Source: Candidatus Doudnabacteria bacterium | GTDB taxonomy: Bacteria > Patescibacteriota > Doudnabacteria > UBA920 | NCBI GenBank assembly: GCA_963768175.1 | Contig: CAVYGQ010000001.1 | Span: forward strand, 254,305-318,304 | Direction of reading: 5' to 3' | DNA: 64,000 nt | In this document: in pieces, positions 10,175-18,682 of the stretch | Position numbering within the stretch: position 1 is the first letter of the stretch | Layout: each line of letters opens with the position of its first letter | The notes under the pieces: generated by a model | What the model was told of the DNA's origin: nothing | Databases searched by the model: none | What the model saw: the letters and a program-made list of their open reading frames with translations, nothing else | Program-made: the position numbers and the translations under genes

Positions 10175-10777
10175 ATGCCGGAATTTGACCCAAATAAAGA
10201 GCCTTCTTTGCGGCCGGAGCAAAAACAGCCTGAAGAGCAGCCCGCCAAACCGACACAAATTTCCGAAAAAACTTTGGTTACGCAATTGGCTATGCGAACA
10301 TTTGAGAAAGGCTTGCGGACAATCGTTTTAAAACAACGAGAATATACGGAGCAAGAATTGGAGAGACTCTTTAATTTAGATTTTGAAAGCGTATTACTAA
10401 AATTTTTACCAAGGCGAACCACGTTCCAAAAAGTCGCTAAGCCGGGACGATCTCCGGCTTATGTATTTACTAGTATAATTAACGAACCCTTAATAGACCC
10501 GGATATAGAACTTGAGGGGACGGTTGCGGCTGCCCACAGAAAGAAAGCTTCGCGGACAGCAGGACAAGATGAGGCTTTTAAAAAAGCTCGGGAACAAATA
10601 TCAGAATTTCTGCAAAATCAACCAAAACAAAGGTTTACATCCGTCCAAATCGCTGAAGCTCTGGGCATCCCCAAACCGCTTGTTACGTCCAGCCTGCAAA
10701 TTCTTATGAGGTCAAAAACCAGCCAACTCACTTCCGTAATAGAAAAAGGCACGACTTTTTTTACGCGTCGACAATAA
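10175..10777 (+). CDS. hypothetical protein (200 aa), possibly with a C-terminal HTH-like domain
   Basis: Starts 3 nt after the NYN gene stop; Glu/Lys-rich N-terminus; C-terminus SVQIAEALGIPKPLVTSSLQILMRS is helix-turn-helix-like. Confidence 0.45.
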   Translation: MPEFDPNKEPSLRPEQKQPEEQPAKPTQISEKTLVTQLAMRTFEKGLRTIVLKQREYTEQELERLFNLDFESVLLKFLPRRTTFQKVAKPGRSPAYVFTSIINEPLIDPDIELEGTVAAAHRKKASRTAGQDEAFKKAREQISEFLQNQPKQRFTSVQIAEALGIPKPLVTSSLQILMRSKTSQLTSVIEKGTTFFTRRQ

Positions 10778-10836
10778 GCAAGAATAAACATGAAAATAGT
10801 ATTGGTTACAAATATTAAGGGCAATAAAGGATAAAT

Positions 10837-11148
10837 ATGCCGATTCGTCATACTTTTTTTAATCAAAACGAAAAGGAGGCTGAAAAATATGAACATGCAA
10901 AAAAACTTTCTCCTGATGTTTTTAAAGAAAGACAAAAAATAGTTGATGAGCTTAAAGCCGACTTTCTTAGAAGGGCGCAAAATTTAAAATTGGGAATAAA
11001 ATATTCCAGCGATCACTTGGTAACAAATATATTTGAACTCCGTTTTGAGGAAGGATTGCAGAAATTGCTTAAAGACCATACGGAATATGAAAAAGTCGGC
11101 AATGATTTTATTTTTACGCACATAGACCCAATGCCAGATGGTGAATAA
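10837..11148 (+). CDS. putative antitoxin-like small protein (103 aa) upstream of the PIN gene
   Basis: Overlaps the PIN ORF start by 11 nt (typical toxin-antitoxin coupling); no recognisable fold from sequence alone. Confidence 0.4.
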   Translation: MPIRHTFFNQNEKEAEKYEHAKKLSPDVFKERQKIVDELKADFLRRAQNLKLGIKYSSDHLVTNIFELRFEEGLQKLLKDHTEYEKVGNDFIFTHIDPMPDGE

Positions 11149-11593
11149 CATAAAAATTGTTTTGGATACTAACGTTTTAATTAATGGCTTTAAAGACGAG
11201 TATTCTTACGAAAAAAAGATTATTGACGCCGTAATTGCTGGAGAAATTGAGGCATCCGCCAATAAGCAGACTTTGCGGGAAAACAGGCTCATAAGTTCGG
11301 AATTGATTGATAACGACGAATACAAAAACCAGCTCAACGATTTATTCGCGCAAATTAACTGGGTGAAAAACCTTCGGCAAATCCGCGTTGTTTCCGACCC
11401 GGAAGACAATAAAATTCTGGAAAGCGCTGTGGAAGCCGGCGCGGATTATTTAATTACTTCCGATAATGCACTGTTGGAAATAGGCAAATTCCAAAATGTG
11501 CAGATTGTAAACCCCGCCCAGTTTTGGGCAAATTATAAAGACGAAGGCATGGATTTGTGGAAACAGTGGACGAACTACATCAAAAACCGATAA
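11138..11593 (+). CDS. PIN-domain protein (putative VapC-like toxin)
   Basis: IVLDTNVLI at the N-terminus and ADYLITSD acidic motif. Confidence 0.65.
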   Translation: MVNNIKIVLDTNVLINGFKDEYSYEKKIIDAVIAGEIEASANKQTLRENRLISSELIDNDEYKNQLNDLFAQINWVKNLRQIRVVSDPEDNKILESAVEAGADYLITSDNALLEIGKFQNVQIVNPAQFWANYKDEGMDLWKQWTNYIKNR

Positions 11594-11672
11594 CCGACCC
11601 GAATCCACGAATTGTACCCGAATTATCCGAATTCGTGTCATTCGGGTGCTATTTGTATATTAGTGTCGCTTT

Positions 11673-14600
11673 ATGGATAAACTTCTGGAAAACTTAAATA
11701 AAGAACAAATTGAAGCCGTCACCCACAAAGACGGTCCATTGTTAATTGTGGCCGGGGCAGGGACCGGGAAGACCACGGTTATAACCCGCAGGATCGCTTA
11801 CCTTATAGAACAAAAATTGGCTAAGCCCGATGAAATTTTAGCAGTGACTTTTACCGACAAAGCGGCCGGCGAAATGCAGGAGCGGGTGGATGTGCTATTG
11901 CCCATCGGCTACGTGGACACCTGGGTTTCCACGTTCCATAGTTTTTGTGATCGCGTCTTAAAGACCCATGCTTTGGACATCGGGCTTTCCAATGACTTTG
12001 AACTTTTGGACGCCACAAAGCAATGGGTACTGGTTTATAACAATTTTGAAAAGTTCAATTTGGATTATTACCGCCCTTTGGGCAACCCGGGAAAATTTAT
12101 CGGCGGCCTGCTTTCGCATTTCTCCAAGTGCAAAGACGAACTTATTACACCGGAAGAATACATGGATTATGCCCAATCCTTACGCCTGCAAATGGATCAG
12201 CCCCAAATAACCCAAAAAAAAGATTTGGAGGGCGTGGACGAAACGGAAATTTCCCGTTTGGAGGAAGTTGCCAACGCCTATCACGTTTACCAAAAACTTT
12301 TGCTGGATAACAATTATTTAGATTTTGGCGATCTGATAAATTACACTCTACTGTTGTTTCAAAAACGCCCGCAAATTTTGAAATATTACCAAAGTAAATT
12401 CAAGTTTATAATGGTGGACGAATTCCAGGACACCAATTTTGCCCAGTACCAGCTGGTTAAACTTTTATCCGGGGAAAAACAAAACGTGGCGGTTGTGGGC
12501 GATGACGACCAATCCATTTACAAATTCCGCGGCGCCAGCGTGTCCAATATTCTAAAATTCAAGGACGATTATCCAAAACTTAAAGAAATTACGCTGGCGG
12601 AGAATTACCGCAGCGGCAAACAGATTCTGGACCTGGCTTATAAATTTATCCAGCAAAACAACCCCGACAGGCTGGAAATTAAACTTAAAATCAACAAGGA
12701 GCTTAAAGCCAACGTGACGGAGCCAGGGGCCGTGGAAGTTTTGGAAGCGCCAGATTTAAACGCAGAATTAAACGAGATTGTCAAAAGAACCATTAAAGTA
12801 AAAACCCAAAAAAAATCCTGGAATGATTTTGCTATTTTAATAAGGAGCAACAACATGGCCGAACTGCTTTTACCGGCACTGGAAAACGCCCAAATTCCCC
12901 ACACGTTTTTGGCTAATACGGGTTTGTATAAAAAGCCCATCATTTTGGATCTTTTGGCTTACTTAAAGCTTTTGGACAATGTCCATGACTCTTTTTCGCT
13001 TTACCGCGTTCTTAACATCCCTTTGTTTAAGTTAAGCGTCCACGACATAGCTGGTATCCTGGAATTTTCCCAGAAAAAAACATTGAGCCTGTTTGAAACT
13101 TTGGAGCAACTGAAAATCGGCACCATGCTTACCGAGCAGGCGCGAAAAAAATTGCAAATTTTAACGTCCAATTTGCACAGGCACCACGCTTTAGCGCAGG
13201 GCAAAAGCGCCGCGGAAACCGCGGTGGAAATAATCAAGGACTTAAAAATGGCCGAGCGGCTGGAAGACGAAACTCCGGAAAATGCCCAAAACAGGGAACT
13301 AATAGAACAGTTCTACAAAAAAATAGAAAATTTTGAGGGCGAAAGCAAAGACAAGAGCCTGCATAATTTTTTACGCATATTGGAGTTGGAAGAAGAGGCG
13401 GGCGACGAGGGGAAAATCAACTTTAACCCAGATGAAGGCCCTGAAAGCTTAAAAGTTTTAACCGTCCACAGTGCCAAGGGCTTGGAATTTGAAAATGTTT
13501 TTGTGATAAATTTGGTAGACAAACGATTCCCGACCCTGGGTAAAAAAGATCCCATAGAAATTCCCAAAGAGCTTATTAAGGATATTTTGCCGCAAGGCGA
13601 CTTTCATTTGCAGGAGGAGCGGCGCTTGTTTTATGTGGCGGTGACGCGCGCCAAAAAAAACCTGTTTCTGACCTGGGCAAAGGACTATGGCGGCAAGCTA
13701 ACCAAAAAACCTTCTCAGTTTTTAGTGGAATCCGGTTTGGTGCCGAGCGATAAAACAACGCGGGCAACGGGCAAAGTTGTTTTTAATAAGGCACCTGCCA
13801 AAAAATCCCAAACTTTTCAGGTTTTACCCGAAAAGTTTTCCTATTCCCAGCTTAAAGATTTTGAAGCCTGCCCGCTAAAATATAAATACCAATATTACTT
13901 AAAACTGCCCGTCCAAGGAAGCCCGTATTTAAGTTTCGGCAACACTATCCACAAAGTTTTTGAAGAATATTTGCGGCAGTTTAGGGACGCAGGCACTTTT
14001 GCCCAGCAAGATTTGTTCGGCAAAAGCAAAACTGTCCCCGCTTTGCCCTGTTTTGAGGTACTTGAAAAACTTTACGAAAAAAATTGGATAGACGAATGGT
14101 ATCAAACCAAAAAACAAAAAGAAGATTATTTTACGCGGGGCAAACAAATGCTAAAACAATTTTATGACGAATGCCAAGCCAATAAGCCGGCGCCTAAATA
14201 TATAGAACAATCGTTTAATTTATTTTTGGACAAATTCAGGCTCGTGGGAAGAATTGACAGGGCCGACAAAACTCCGCAAGGGCTGGTAATTTACGATTAT
14301 AAAACAGGCAGGCTCCCTAAAAAATCGGAAAAAAAGGATATTGACCAGCTGTATATTTACCAATGGGCCGCACAGGAATACTTAAAAGAAAAAGTTATCG
14401 ACCTTAGGTATTGGTATTTGCAGGAAAAGCATAAGCAGTTTTTGACGGAAGAACTGGCGTCAGCCGAAGATGTCGTGAAGTTAAAACATGAGCTTCTGGA
14501 ACTTATGCATCGAGTTGTGGAGACCATTAAATTTGATCGTTTCAAGGAAGAACACAAAAAAACCAGGGAGCATAAATGCGAATTTGAGGACTTGGAATGA
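11673..14600 (+). CDS. UvrD/PcrA-family SF1 helicase fused to a C-terminal PD-(D/E)XK (RecB/AddA-like) nuclease domain
   Basis: AGAGTGKT Walker A, DEFQDTN, VGDDDQSIYKFRGA, TVHSAKGLEF; C-terminal IYDYKTG...QLYIYQWAAQ nuclease motif. Confidence 0.85.
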   Translation: MDKLLENLNKEQIEAVTHKDGPLLIVAGAGTGKTTVITRRIAYLIEQKLAKPDEILAVTFTDKAAGEMQERVDVLLPIGYVDTWVSTFHSFCDRVLKTHALDIGLSNDFELLDATKQWVLVYNNFEKFNLDYYRPLGNPGKFIGGLLSHFSKCKDELITPEEYMDYAQSLRLQMDQPQITQKKDLEGVDETEISRLEEVANAYHVYQKLLLDNNYLDFGDLINYTLLLFQKRPQILKYYQSKFKFIMVDEFQDTNFAQYQLVKLLSGEKQNVAVVGDDDQSIYKFRGASVSNILKFKDDYPKLKEITLAENYRSGKQILDLAYKFIQQNNPDRLEIKLKINKELKANVTEPGAVEVLEAPDLNAELNEIVKRTIKVKTQKKSWNDFAILIRSNNMAELLLPALENAQIPHTFLANTGLYKKPIILDLLAYLKLLDNVHDSFSLYRVLNIPLFKLSVHDIAGILEFSQKKTLSLFETLEQLKIGTMLTEQARKKLQILTSNLHRHHALAQGKSAAETAVEIIKDLKMAERLEDETPENAQNRELIEQFYKKIENFEGESKDKSLHNFLRILELEEEAGDEGKINFNPDEGPESLKVLTVHSAKGLEFENVFVINLVDKRFPTLGKKDPIEIPKELIKDILPQGDFHLQEERRLFYVAVTRAKKNLFLTWAKDYGGKLTKKPSQFLVESGLVPSDKTTRATGKVVFNKAPAKKSQTFQVLPEKFSYSQLKDFEACPLKYKYQYYLKLPVQGSPYLSFGNTIHKVFEEYLRQFRDAGTFAQQDLFGKSKTVPALPCFEVLEKLYEKNWIDEWYQTKKQKEDYFTRGKQMLKQFYDECQANKPAPKYIEQSFNLFLDKFRLVGRIDRADKTPQGLVIYDYKTGRLPKKSEKKDIDQLYIYQWAAQEYLKEKVIDLRYWYLQEKHKQFLTEELASAEDVVKLKHELLELMHRVVETIKFDRFKEEHKKTREHKCEFEDLE

Positions 14601-14712
14601 TTTTGCTGTCTTTACTAACTACTAATCAATGCTAATATGCTAAACCCCGCAAAGGTAAGTTCGTATATTAGTAAAAATTCATAGTTAGCAAAACCAGAAT
14701 ATTTGTGGTATA

Positions 14713-15093
14713 ATGTTTATGTCAACAAGCCCAAAACAACAACTATTTTTAATTGCTTTTAGCACTTTTTTAGCCGCTTTCTCGCTCGGTTCCATAATTA
14801 GTTTTACCGATCCCACAAGTAGTTCTTGGGTGACATTTGGGTTTTTTTACGTAAGCTTGCTTATTTTTTGTTTAGGCTTGTTTGCGCTTATTGGCCTCGG
14901 GCTTAGGCAAAAACTTTACCCCGGGCATTACGTAATAAATTTGGGCAACAGCTTTAGGCAGGGATTTTTCATTGCTATTTTAGTAGTCGCCTCATTCGTG
15001 CTTTTGTCCAAACATTTGTTGTTTTGGTGGGTAGAGCTAAGCTTAATTTTATTTTTAGCGGCCGTGGAAGCCTTTTTGAACTTAAAAATTTGA
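14713..15093 (+). CDS. small integral membrane protein (126 aa)
   Basis: Four hydrophobic segments; no family recognised. Confidence 0.45.
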   Translation: MFMSTSPKQQLFLIAFSTFLAAFSLGSIISFTDPTSSSWVTFGFFYVSLLIFCLGLFALIGLGLRQKLYPGHYVINLGNSFRQGFFIAILVVASFVLLSKHLLFWWVELSLILFLAAVEAFLNLKI

Positions 15094-15115
15094 AACCAAT
15101 AAAATAAATACAAAT

Positions 15116-16633
15116 ATGGACGAACAAACACCTCTAAATTCTGATGCTTTTACTTCAAAATCGGAACCGCAAAGCGAAACTTTATCCTCCGCCCGGACCA
15201 AACCTCAAACAGGGGAGGATTTGGTATTTTTTAATGTCATGCCCAAAGCCAGCACCCAAAGCGCTTTTATTGAACCAAAAATGAAGGTTGCCGTAATATC
15301 TGAAGAAGCCCCTGCCAAAACCAAAAACGGCTTTATGGAAATTTTTAAAAAATATAAACTATATATATTTATCGGGTTAGGCATTCTGGTTGCCGGAGCC
15401 GGAATATATTTTTTGATAAATTTTATAACCACGATTGGCTTAAACAGCTACAAAGCTGAAAATCTCCTGGTACAGCACCAGGCAAACCAAGCCCAAAAAC
15501 CGCAAACCCAAAGTCCCCAAACCACAGGGCAAACGGATTTTACGACGCCACAAACATGGAGAGATCATTATTTTACGGGCTGTACTGACGTAAAAGTCTG
15601 CGGCGATGACGCCGACCCAGACCACGACGGGCTTACCAATCTCCAGGAATACAAGTTAGGCACCGACCCAAATAATCCTGACTCCGACCAGGATGGCCTG
15701 GCCGACGGCGACGAAGTTAATGTTTTCGGCACCGACCCTTTAAACAGCCACACGGCCAATAATCCCAAATACTCCGACGCAGACTTTTTTAAGGGAGGCT
15801 ACGATATAACCACAAATAATAAAATGTCTGCCGCTCAAATTTCTGCTATAACGGCCAAAATGCAACAATTCGGCCTGCACGAACCAACCATTACCACTTT
15901 AAGCGGCGTGCTAGGCCCGTTATATAACTTTGCCGTCCCAAATTCCACGACCACCTCCACTTCAACCCAACCAAGCATGGCCAGCTCCACGAATCCAAAC
16001 GGGTTGGATGAATCAGTGGAAGCTAAGCAAGACCGCGACGCCCAGCGCTCGGACACCATAAAAAATTTGGAAATTGCCTTGGTTAAATACCAAACCGACA
16101 ATCAAGCTTACCCAGCGACCAATGACTTTAACGTCATGTATTTGGGAGTCAAACTTTACCTAAAAGTCGCGACAAACCCAATAGACCCAATTAACAAACC
16201 GCCTTACGTTTACTCCTACAGTTCCAATGCCAGCAGCTCCGATTTCAGTTTGTCTTTTTACAGCGAAGTTGCGGGCCAGCCGATAAGCAAAAATGCCGCC
16301 GACGCCATAAAAGACGCAAATAACGAGCAGTCAGCCATTTACGACAACCAAAGGGAAACCGATCTGGAAAGCATCAGAACGGCCCTGCTTTTATATTCCC
16401 AAAATAACGTCGCGGGCGGCCAGGATTACGTTTTCCCGACCAAAGGCAAATACAAAACCGCGATTGTGCCACAATATATTTCGGTAATACCAGTTGACCC
16501 GAAAACGGGAGCCGATTACGATTATGAAGTTTCGCCAACTTTTAACACCTTTACTTTAAAAACTTTGCTTGATAACCCGCCAACGGGAACCACAGGCTAT
16601 ATGTGCAACCAGGAAAACTGCCAAAATTACTAA
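15116..16633 (+). CDS. membrane-anchored protein with Ca-binding TSP3-like D-x-D-x-D-G repeats and two pseudopilin-like domains
   Basis: One TM helix, then DPDHDGLTNLQEYKLGTDPNNPDSDQDGLADGDE, then two regions resembling GspG-type pilin C-terminal domains. Confidence 0.5.
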   Translation: MDEQTPLNSDAFTSKSEPQSETLSSARTKPQTGEDLVFFNVMPKASTQSAFIEPKMKVAVISEEAPAKTKNGFMEIFKKYKLYIFIGLGILVAGAGIYFLINFITTIGLNSYKAENLLVQHQANQAQKPQTQSPQTTGQTDFTTPQTWRDHYFTGCTDVKVCGDDADPDHDGLTNLQEYKLGTDPNNPDSDQDGLADGDEVNVFGTDPLNSHTANNPKYSDADFFKGGYDITTNNKMSAAQISAITAKMQQFGLHEPTITTLSGVLGPLYNFAVPNSTTTSTSTQPSMASSTNPNGLDESVEAKQDRDAQRSDTIKNLEIALVKYQTDNQAYPATNDFNVMYLGVKLYLKVATNPIDPINKPPYVYSYSSNASSSDFSLSFYSEVAGQPISKNAADAIKDANNEQSAIYDNQRETDLESIRTALLLYSQNNVAGGQDYVFPTKGKYKTAIVPQYISVIPVDPKTGADYDYEVSPTFNTFTLKTLLDNPPTGTTGYMCNQENCQNY

Positions 16634-16806
16634 ATACCCACCCTCGGCGTTATCCTGAGCGGAAGCGTTGTGATCTCAATCAAAGATTAAGAGGATTCTT
16701 CGCCCTTCACCCTTTCGGCTTCGCTCAGGGTGCCTTGAGCAAAGTCGAAAGGCAGATGCATTCGGGCTCAGAATGACGCCAATAAAATAAGATTACTTCA
16801 GCTTTA

Positions 16807-17226
16807 ATGAAATTTTTTAACCAACTTTTTAAACGACTTTTTGGTAATAAACAATCTAACTTTGACGGCATTATTGCCGCCAAAGTTTTAGAAATACAAA
16901 AACACCCTAACGCGGACCGCTTAAGGATTGTAAAAGTTGATGCCGGAGATAAAATAATAGAGCCGATTGTATGCGGCGCGTTTAACTTTGACGCCGGCGC
17001 TATGGTAGCTTTGGCCTTGCCCGGGGCGAAAATCGCCCAAGACATCCATTCGCCTGACCACCAACCATTCGTATTGGGAAAAGCCAAAATTCGCGGCGTA
17101 GAGAGCCAAGGAATGATCTGCGCGGCCTTTGAACTCGGTCTCGCCAAAGAGCCCGGGCAGGGGATTATGCTGTTAAAAGATAATATTACGCCGGGTAGCA
17201 CATTTTCTCCCGAAATGGTAAAATAA
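16807..17226 (+). CDS. tRNA-binding domain protein (EMAP/Myf/CsaA-type OB fold, as in the PheT N-terminus)
   Basis: KVLEIQKHPNADRLRIVKVDAGD...VCGA...RGVESQGMICAAFELG. Confidence 0.7.
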   Translation: MKFFNQLFKRLFGNKQSNFDGIIAAKVLEIQKHPNADRLRIVKVDAGDKIIEPIVCGAFNFDAGAMVALALPGAKIAQDIHSPDHQPFVLGKAKIRGVESQGMICAAFELGLAKEPGQGIMLLKDNITPGSTFSPEMVK

Positions 17227-17318
17227 TTTAACTATATGACCTCACTTTGGGTATCAATAATAACTTTCGTTTTGCTAACCCTGTTATATTGGTGGAGGCC
17301 TGGGAAAAAATAATTTTT

Positions 17319-18461
17319 ATGACTGAGAATATTGTTATTTCAACCACGGAAGAAAACCGTTTAAAAAAAGAACTGGAAAAACGCACCGACTTTGAGGCTC
17401 AGCGCATAAGGCGGTATTTAAGCATGCCGGATTTGTCGCGCACCCCTGGACACCCACTTTATGAAATTGTCCAGCGAATCTTAAATTGGCCTTATTTTAA
17501 AGACTTGGATGTAATCGAAGTACCGGAAATTGTTCCTGCCAATATAAGTTTTGATTTATTTGATTTTCCGGCAGACCATCCTGCCAGAAGCAAGTCAGAT
17601 ACTTATTACGTTGATGAAAAAAATATTTTGCGCACCCATACAACCGTAATGTGGTATTATTATCTGCGGGACGAAAAAATCAAAAAACGCATGGCTGCCG
17701 ACGAACCGGTCGGCTGTTTCAGTTTTGGCAAAGTTTATCGCAAGGACGAGATAGACCGATATCATATGAATGTTTTTCATCAAATTGATGGCTGGTATCT
17801 TGCGCCGAAAGACAAAAAAGTTATTGGGATAGACATTTTAAAAGAAGCTTTGTCAAATTTTGCACAAGCTGTTTTTGGAACAGATGTCCAAGTACGCTTT
17901 AACAAAGATACGTTCCCATATACTGATCCTTCTTTGGAAATGGAAGTGAAAAAAGGCGATCAATGGTTGGAAGTAGCCGGAGCCGGTGTAGTAAAAGGAA
18001 GTGTTTTGGAAAAATTCGGCGTTGATTCTTCAAAATGGAACGGCTGGGCTTTTGGGCCGGGCATAGAACGTTTTGCGCTTATTTCGATAGACTTGCCGGA
18101 CATCCGCCTATTATGGTCAACCGACCCAAGAGTAACCAAGCAATTACATCTTGGACAAAAATTTGTGGAAGTCAGCAAATACCCGCCAATTACCCGCGAT
18201 ATATCTTTTGTTGTCGGCAGCGATTTTGTGCCCAACAACTATTTTGACCTAATCCGCGACATTGGCGGCGACCTTGTGGAGCAAGTGAAGCTTTTGGATA
18301 AGTACCAGGACGAAAAAAAGTTCGGTCCGGGAAAAGTCAGCTATACCTACCGCGTGGTCTATCGCAGTCCCGAACGGACGCTGAAAACCGATGAAGTTGA
18401 GCCCTTGCAAAACAAGCTTTACGAGCAAACCAAAGAGCAATACAACGCCCAATTACGATAA
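17319..18461 (+). CDS. pheS: phenylalanine--tRNA ligase alpha chain with a C-terminal FDX-ACB anticodon-binding domain (monomeric, mitochondrial-type architecture)
   Basis: Class II catalytic core (FPADHPARS, RTHTT, GWAFGPGIERFA), then YPPITRDISFVV ... GKVSYTYRVVYRSPERTLKTDEV, which resembles the FDX-ACB domain normally found at the PheT C-terminus. Confidence 0.8.
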   Translation: MTENIVISTTEENRLKKELEKRTDFEAQRIRRYLSMPDLSRTPGHPLYEIVQRILNWPYFKDLDVIEVPEIVPANISFDLFDFPADHPARSKSDTYYVDEKNILRTHTTVMWYYYLRDEKIKKRMAADEPVGCFSFGKVYRKDEIDRYHMNVFHQIDGWYLAPKDKKVIGIDILKEALSNFAQAVFGTDVQVRFNKDTFPYTDPSLEMEVKKGDQWLEVAGAGVVKGSVLEKFGVDSSKWNGWAFGPGIERFALISIDLPDIRLLWSTDPRVTKQLHLGQKFVEVSKYPPITRDISFVVGSDFVPNNYFDLIRDIGGDLVEQVKLLDKYQDEKKFGPGKVSYTYRVVYRSPERTLKTDEVEPLQNKLYEQTKEQYNAQLR

Positions 18462-18462
18462 C

Positions 18463-18501
18463 ACAAGGGGCATCCTTTTGCTGCAAAAGGATGCCCCTTG
18501 T
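18463..18501. repeat. Family-1 variant palindromic element (39 bp perfect hairpin) 2 nt after the pheS stop
   Basis: acaaggggcatccttttgctgcaaaaggatgccccttgt: 16-bp stem, 5-nt loop; identical (inverted) copy at 60782-60820. Confidence 0.85.
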
Positions 18502-18531
18502 TGGTAAGTAATTGTTGATAACTTTAAACCC

Positions 18532-18570
18532 AAATATCCCTCTTATTTAAGAGGGATATTTTATATTTTA
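18532..18570 (+). terminator. intrinsic terminator after pheS
   Basis: aaatatccctctta/taagagggatattt palindrome followed by a T-rich tract. Confidence 0.6.
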
Positions 18571-18682
18571 CCTCTAGATTTTTGGCTCAAATTATGCTAC
18601 AATATTAAGGTAAAATGACTACTTTAATTCATCTAAAAAAGTTGTATCATGATACCTAATTCCTGATACTTATTTTTATTTT

